Shown here: positions 1 to 917 of the stretch, in pieces
How positions within the stretch are numbered: the first letter of the stretch is position 1
Layout of the letters: every line of letters begins with the position of its first letter
Sequence record: AF056279.1
Length of the DNA: 917 nt
Strand: one strand, 5' to 3'
Origin: a phage
Position numbers and translations under genes: made by a program
Notes under the pieces: model-generated
Database searches by the model: none
What the model was told of the DNA's origin: nothing
What the model saw: only the letters and a program-made list of their open reading frames with translations

Positions 1-23
1 GCGTTAGCTGGCGTACAGGTCAA

Positions 24-37
24 TCTAGAGGATCCCC
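24..37. other. Polylinker-like string TCTAGAGGATCCCC (XbaI TCTAGA 24..29, BamHI GGATCC 30..35, then CC) overlapping the stop codon of the 25..786 CDS
   Basis: Exact 14-nt identity to the XbaI-BamHI-SmaI-half segment of the pUC18/19 and M13mp18 multiple cloning site (GTCGACTCTAGAGGATCCCCGGGTACC), recalled from memory. The adjacent CAGGTC at 16..21 also matches the neighbouring polylinker bases, but the SalI site is not intact (AA in place of GAC). On the other side the sequence diverges immediately after CCCC. Confidence 0.35.
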
Positions 38-786
38 TCTGACATTGCTTCATCATGCATATGTTTTTCCTCGTCAGTCATGAACTTATAAGGAATTGGC
101 ATACACTCGATTTTACAATAGGTTCTATACCAGTCTACAATATTCTCCGTGTTCATATCTTTACCAATGCCCATCATACCAAGATACATTCTAGCATATT
201 TTGGATTAGCACTCTGACCTGTTTTAAGGAAGAAATCTTTCTTCTTACCTTTCAGAGCTTCTATGAATGGTTTGATAGTGACGTTTGAACACTTCTTAAT
301 ATCTTCCCAAAACATCTCGTGCATCTTATGGAAGAATGCAGCTCGATCATTCGGTTTATCTTTGATATATTGTTCAACATGCTCAACTGTTACATCTTTA
401 ATAGACTCAAGATGATAATAGCGAACAAGAAGTAGTTTAGCTTCATACGCATCCGCATGACGTGGAGCACAATAATCTGGAGTTGAATGCAGAATAGCTT
501 TGATTCGCTCTTCTGTGTACTCTTTACCAGCACCTTCAATAGTTCCCCAGCTTTCGCTGAAAATATCAATAGTTGCACCTTGATCAAGCAAGTAATAACG
601 TAAAGTACTAGTATAGTTCCTGGATTCCAGTTCCCTGCGACGTGCGTATAATTGCTGTGCTAACTCCAGCCAACCTTCATCAATATTATATTGTTCAGAA
701 CCTGCGGAGAACCCACTAGTGGATTTATCAATAAAATAATAGATATTCTGAGCACCACGGTCGCGCCTGATTGCTTGGAAACGCAT
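25..786 (-). CDS. Hypothetical protein, 253 aa from first ATG (786..784) to TAG stop (27..25); family unassigned, possibly the C-terminal part of a helicase-like protein
   Basis: Longest ORF in the supplied six-frame track. A stop-free run this long is unlikely by chance in AT-rich DNA. Codon choice looks coding-like: Gly mostly GGT, Arg mostly CGT/CGC, and G is rare at third positions. The 5' boundary is uncertain: the frame is open upstream to 894, and no GGAGG/AGGA-like Shine-Dalgarno precedes the ATG (upstream mRNA-sense sequence ...AGTAATCAAGCGCCAAAC-ATG). The 3' end lies in a polylinker-like string. Confidence 0.75.
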   Translation of the reverse strand: MRFQAIRRDRGAQNIYYFIDKSTSGFSAGSEQYNIDEGWLELAQQLYARRRELESRNYTSTLRYYLLDQGATIDIFSESWGTIEGAGKEYTEERIKAILHSTPDYCAPRHADAYEAKLLLVRYYHLESIKDVTVEHVEQYIKDKPNDRAAFFHKMHEMFWEDIKKCSNVTIKPFIEALKGKKKDFFLKTGQSANPKYARMYLGMMGIGKDMNTENIVDWYRTYCKIECMPIPYKFMTDEEKHMHDEAMSEGIL

Positions 787-798
787 GTTTGGCGCTTG

Positions 799-816
799 AT
801 TACTGGTTCTAGTAAT
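799..816. repeat. Short inverted repeat ATTACT-N6-AGTAAT (6-bp arms, 6-nt spacer) in the leader region just upstream of the ATG at 786
   Basis: Plus strand 799..816 reads attactggttctagtaat and the two arms are exact reverse complements. The arms are AT-rich and no T-run follows, so it is not a typical intrinsic terminator. It could be a small operator or mRNA hairpin, or chance. Confidence 0.3.
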
Positions 817-818
817 AA

Positions 819-848
819 CAAATACGTTATCAAAGTAGTTAAAGTCAA
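819..848 (-). promoter_or_regulatory. Weak sigma70-like promoter candidate upstream of the 25..786 CDS: -35-like TTGACT (848..843), 18-nt spacer, poor -10 TATTTG (824..819)
   Basis: Read by eye on the minus strand. The -35 hexamer matches TTGACA at 5 of 6 positions, but the -10 matches TATAAT at only 3 of 6 and lacks the conserved final T. Position, roughly 35-65 nt upstream of the ATG, is plausible. Confidence 0.15.
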
Positions 849-857
849 CACCACTCG

Positions 858-917
858 TTACGGATGGGCTACATAATAAGCAATCAATTTGTTGTCAATT
901 AGACCTAGCAAAGAACG
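858..917 (-). CDS. Possible 3' end of an upstream gene running off the window edge: 19 codons (...RSLLGLIDNKLIAYYVAHP) plus TAA stop at 860..858; product unknown
   Basis: This is the only minus-strand frame open from the window edge, and it differs from the main CDS frame. It would leave a 71-nt gap (787..857) before the ATG at 786. Nineteen open codons are weak evidence on their own. Confidence 0.2.
   Translation of the reverse strand, partial: RSLLGLIDNKLIAYYVAHP

Noticed and set aside
1-24. Intrinsic terminator downstream of the stop codon of the main CDS
   Set aside because: Only 24 nt are available, and the minus-strand sequence attgacctgtacgccagctaacgc shows no GC-rich hairpin followed by a T-run.
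55-63. Overlapping NsiI (ATGCAT) and NdeI (CATATG) sites
   Set aside because: They lie inside the coding sequence of the main gene (antisense of ..H-M-H-D..). Short palindromic sites like these are expected in AT-rich DNA and there is no flanking vector-like context.
55-288. Plus-strand ORF of 77 aa
   Set aside because: It lies entirely antisense within the well-supported 25..786 minus-strand CDS and its translation is low-complexity and hydrophobic, typical of a shadow ORF. No independent start signals were seen.
390-587. Minus-strand ORF of 65 aa in an alternative frame
   Set aside because: It is nested inside the main CDS on the same strand in a different frame, and its product is hydrophobic and low-complexity. 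Most likely a frame artefact of AT-rich coding sequence.
715-724. ACTAGTGGAT (SpeI site plus GGAT), resembling part of a pBluescript-type polylinker
   Set aside because: It is only 10 nt, lies in the middle of the coding sequence (encoding ..K-S-T-S-G-F..) and its flanks do not match. Judged coincidental, unlike the 14-mer at 24..37.
660-876. Overlapping short ORFs: 660..854 on the minus strand (64 aa) and 691..876 on the plus strand (61 aa)
   Set aside because: Both overlap the 5' part of the main CDS or its leader in alternative frames with no supporting signals. Treated as spurious.
877-882. TGCTTA on the minus strand, resembling a T4 MotA box (middle promoter)
   Set aside because: No TAnnnT -10 element is present at the required distance of about 12-13 nt downstream, and a 6-nt match is expected by chance.
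895-897. Reading the in-frame TGA as a sense codon (genetic code 4 or 25)
   Set aside because: All four Trp codons in the main CDS are TGG and no other in-frame TGA occurs, which is not what a TGA-recoding genome would show. The codon preferences also look enterobacterial or phage-like. A single window cannot fully exclude it.
873-898. Consensus-like -35 TTGACA (898..893) with a TATTAT -10-like hexamer (878..873) on the minus strand
   Set aside because: The spacer is only 14 nt, outside the 16-19 nt range for sigma70 promoters. The TTGACA also contains the in-frame TGA and lies in a putatively coding region.
1-917. rRNA, tRNA, CRISPR array, IS or transposon ends, tandem repeats
   Set aside because: No repeat-spacer periodicity, no cloverleaf-compatible structure in the short non-coding stretches, and no terminal inverted repeats were recognisable by eye.

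Overview
AT-rich 917-bp window dominated by one minus-strand protein-coding gene (25..786, 253 aa from the first ATG) whose product I cannot assign to a family with confidence. The same frame stays open for 36 more codons upstream of that ATG (787..894) until an in-frame TGA at 895..897, with no Shine-Dalgarno sequence before the ATG, so the true 5' boundary is uncertain. The peptide across that boundary loosely resembles SF2 helicase motifs V and VI, so the gene may be the 3' part of a larger, disrupted helicase-like gene. A second minus-strand frame is open from the window edge to a TAA at 858..860 and may be the 3' end of an upstream gene. At the other end, the stop codon sits inside an exact 14-nt XbaI-BamHI-CCC polylinker-like string (24..37), which raises the possibility of an engineered or chimeric junction. 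No rRNA, tRNA, CRISPR array or mobile-element end was recognised. Nothing here amounts to a recognisable multi-gene system; the notable points are the ambiguous gene architecture and the polylinker-like 3' end.
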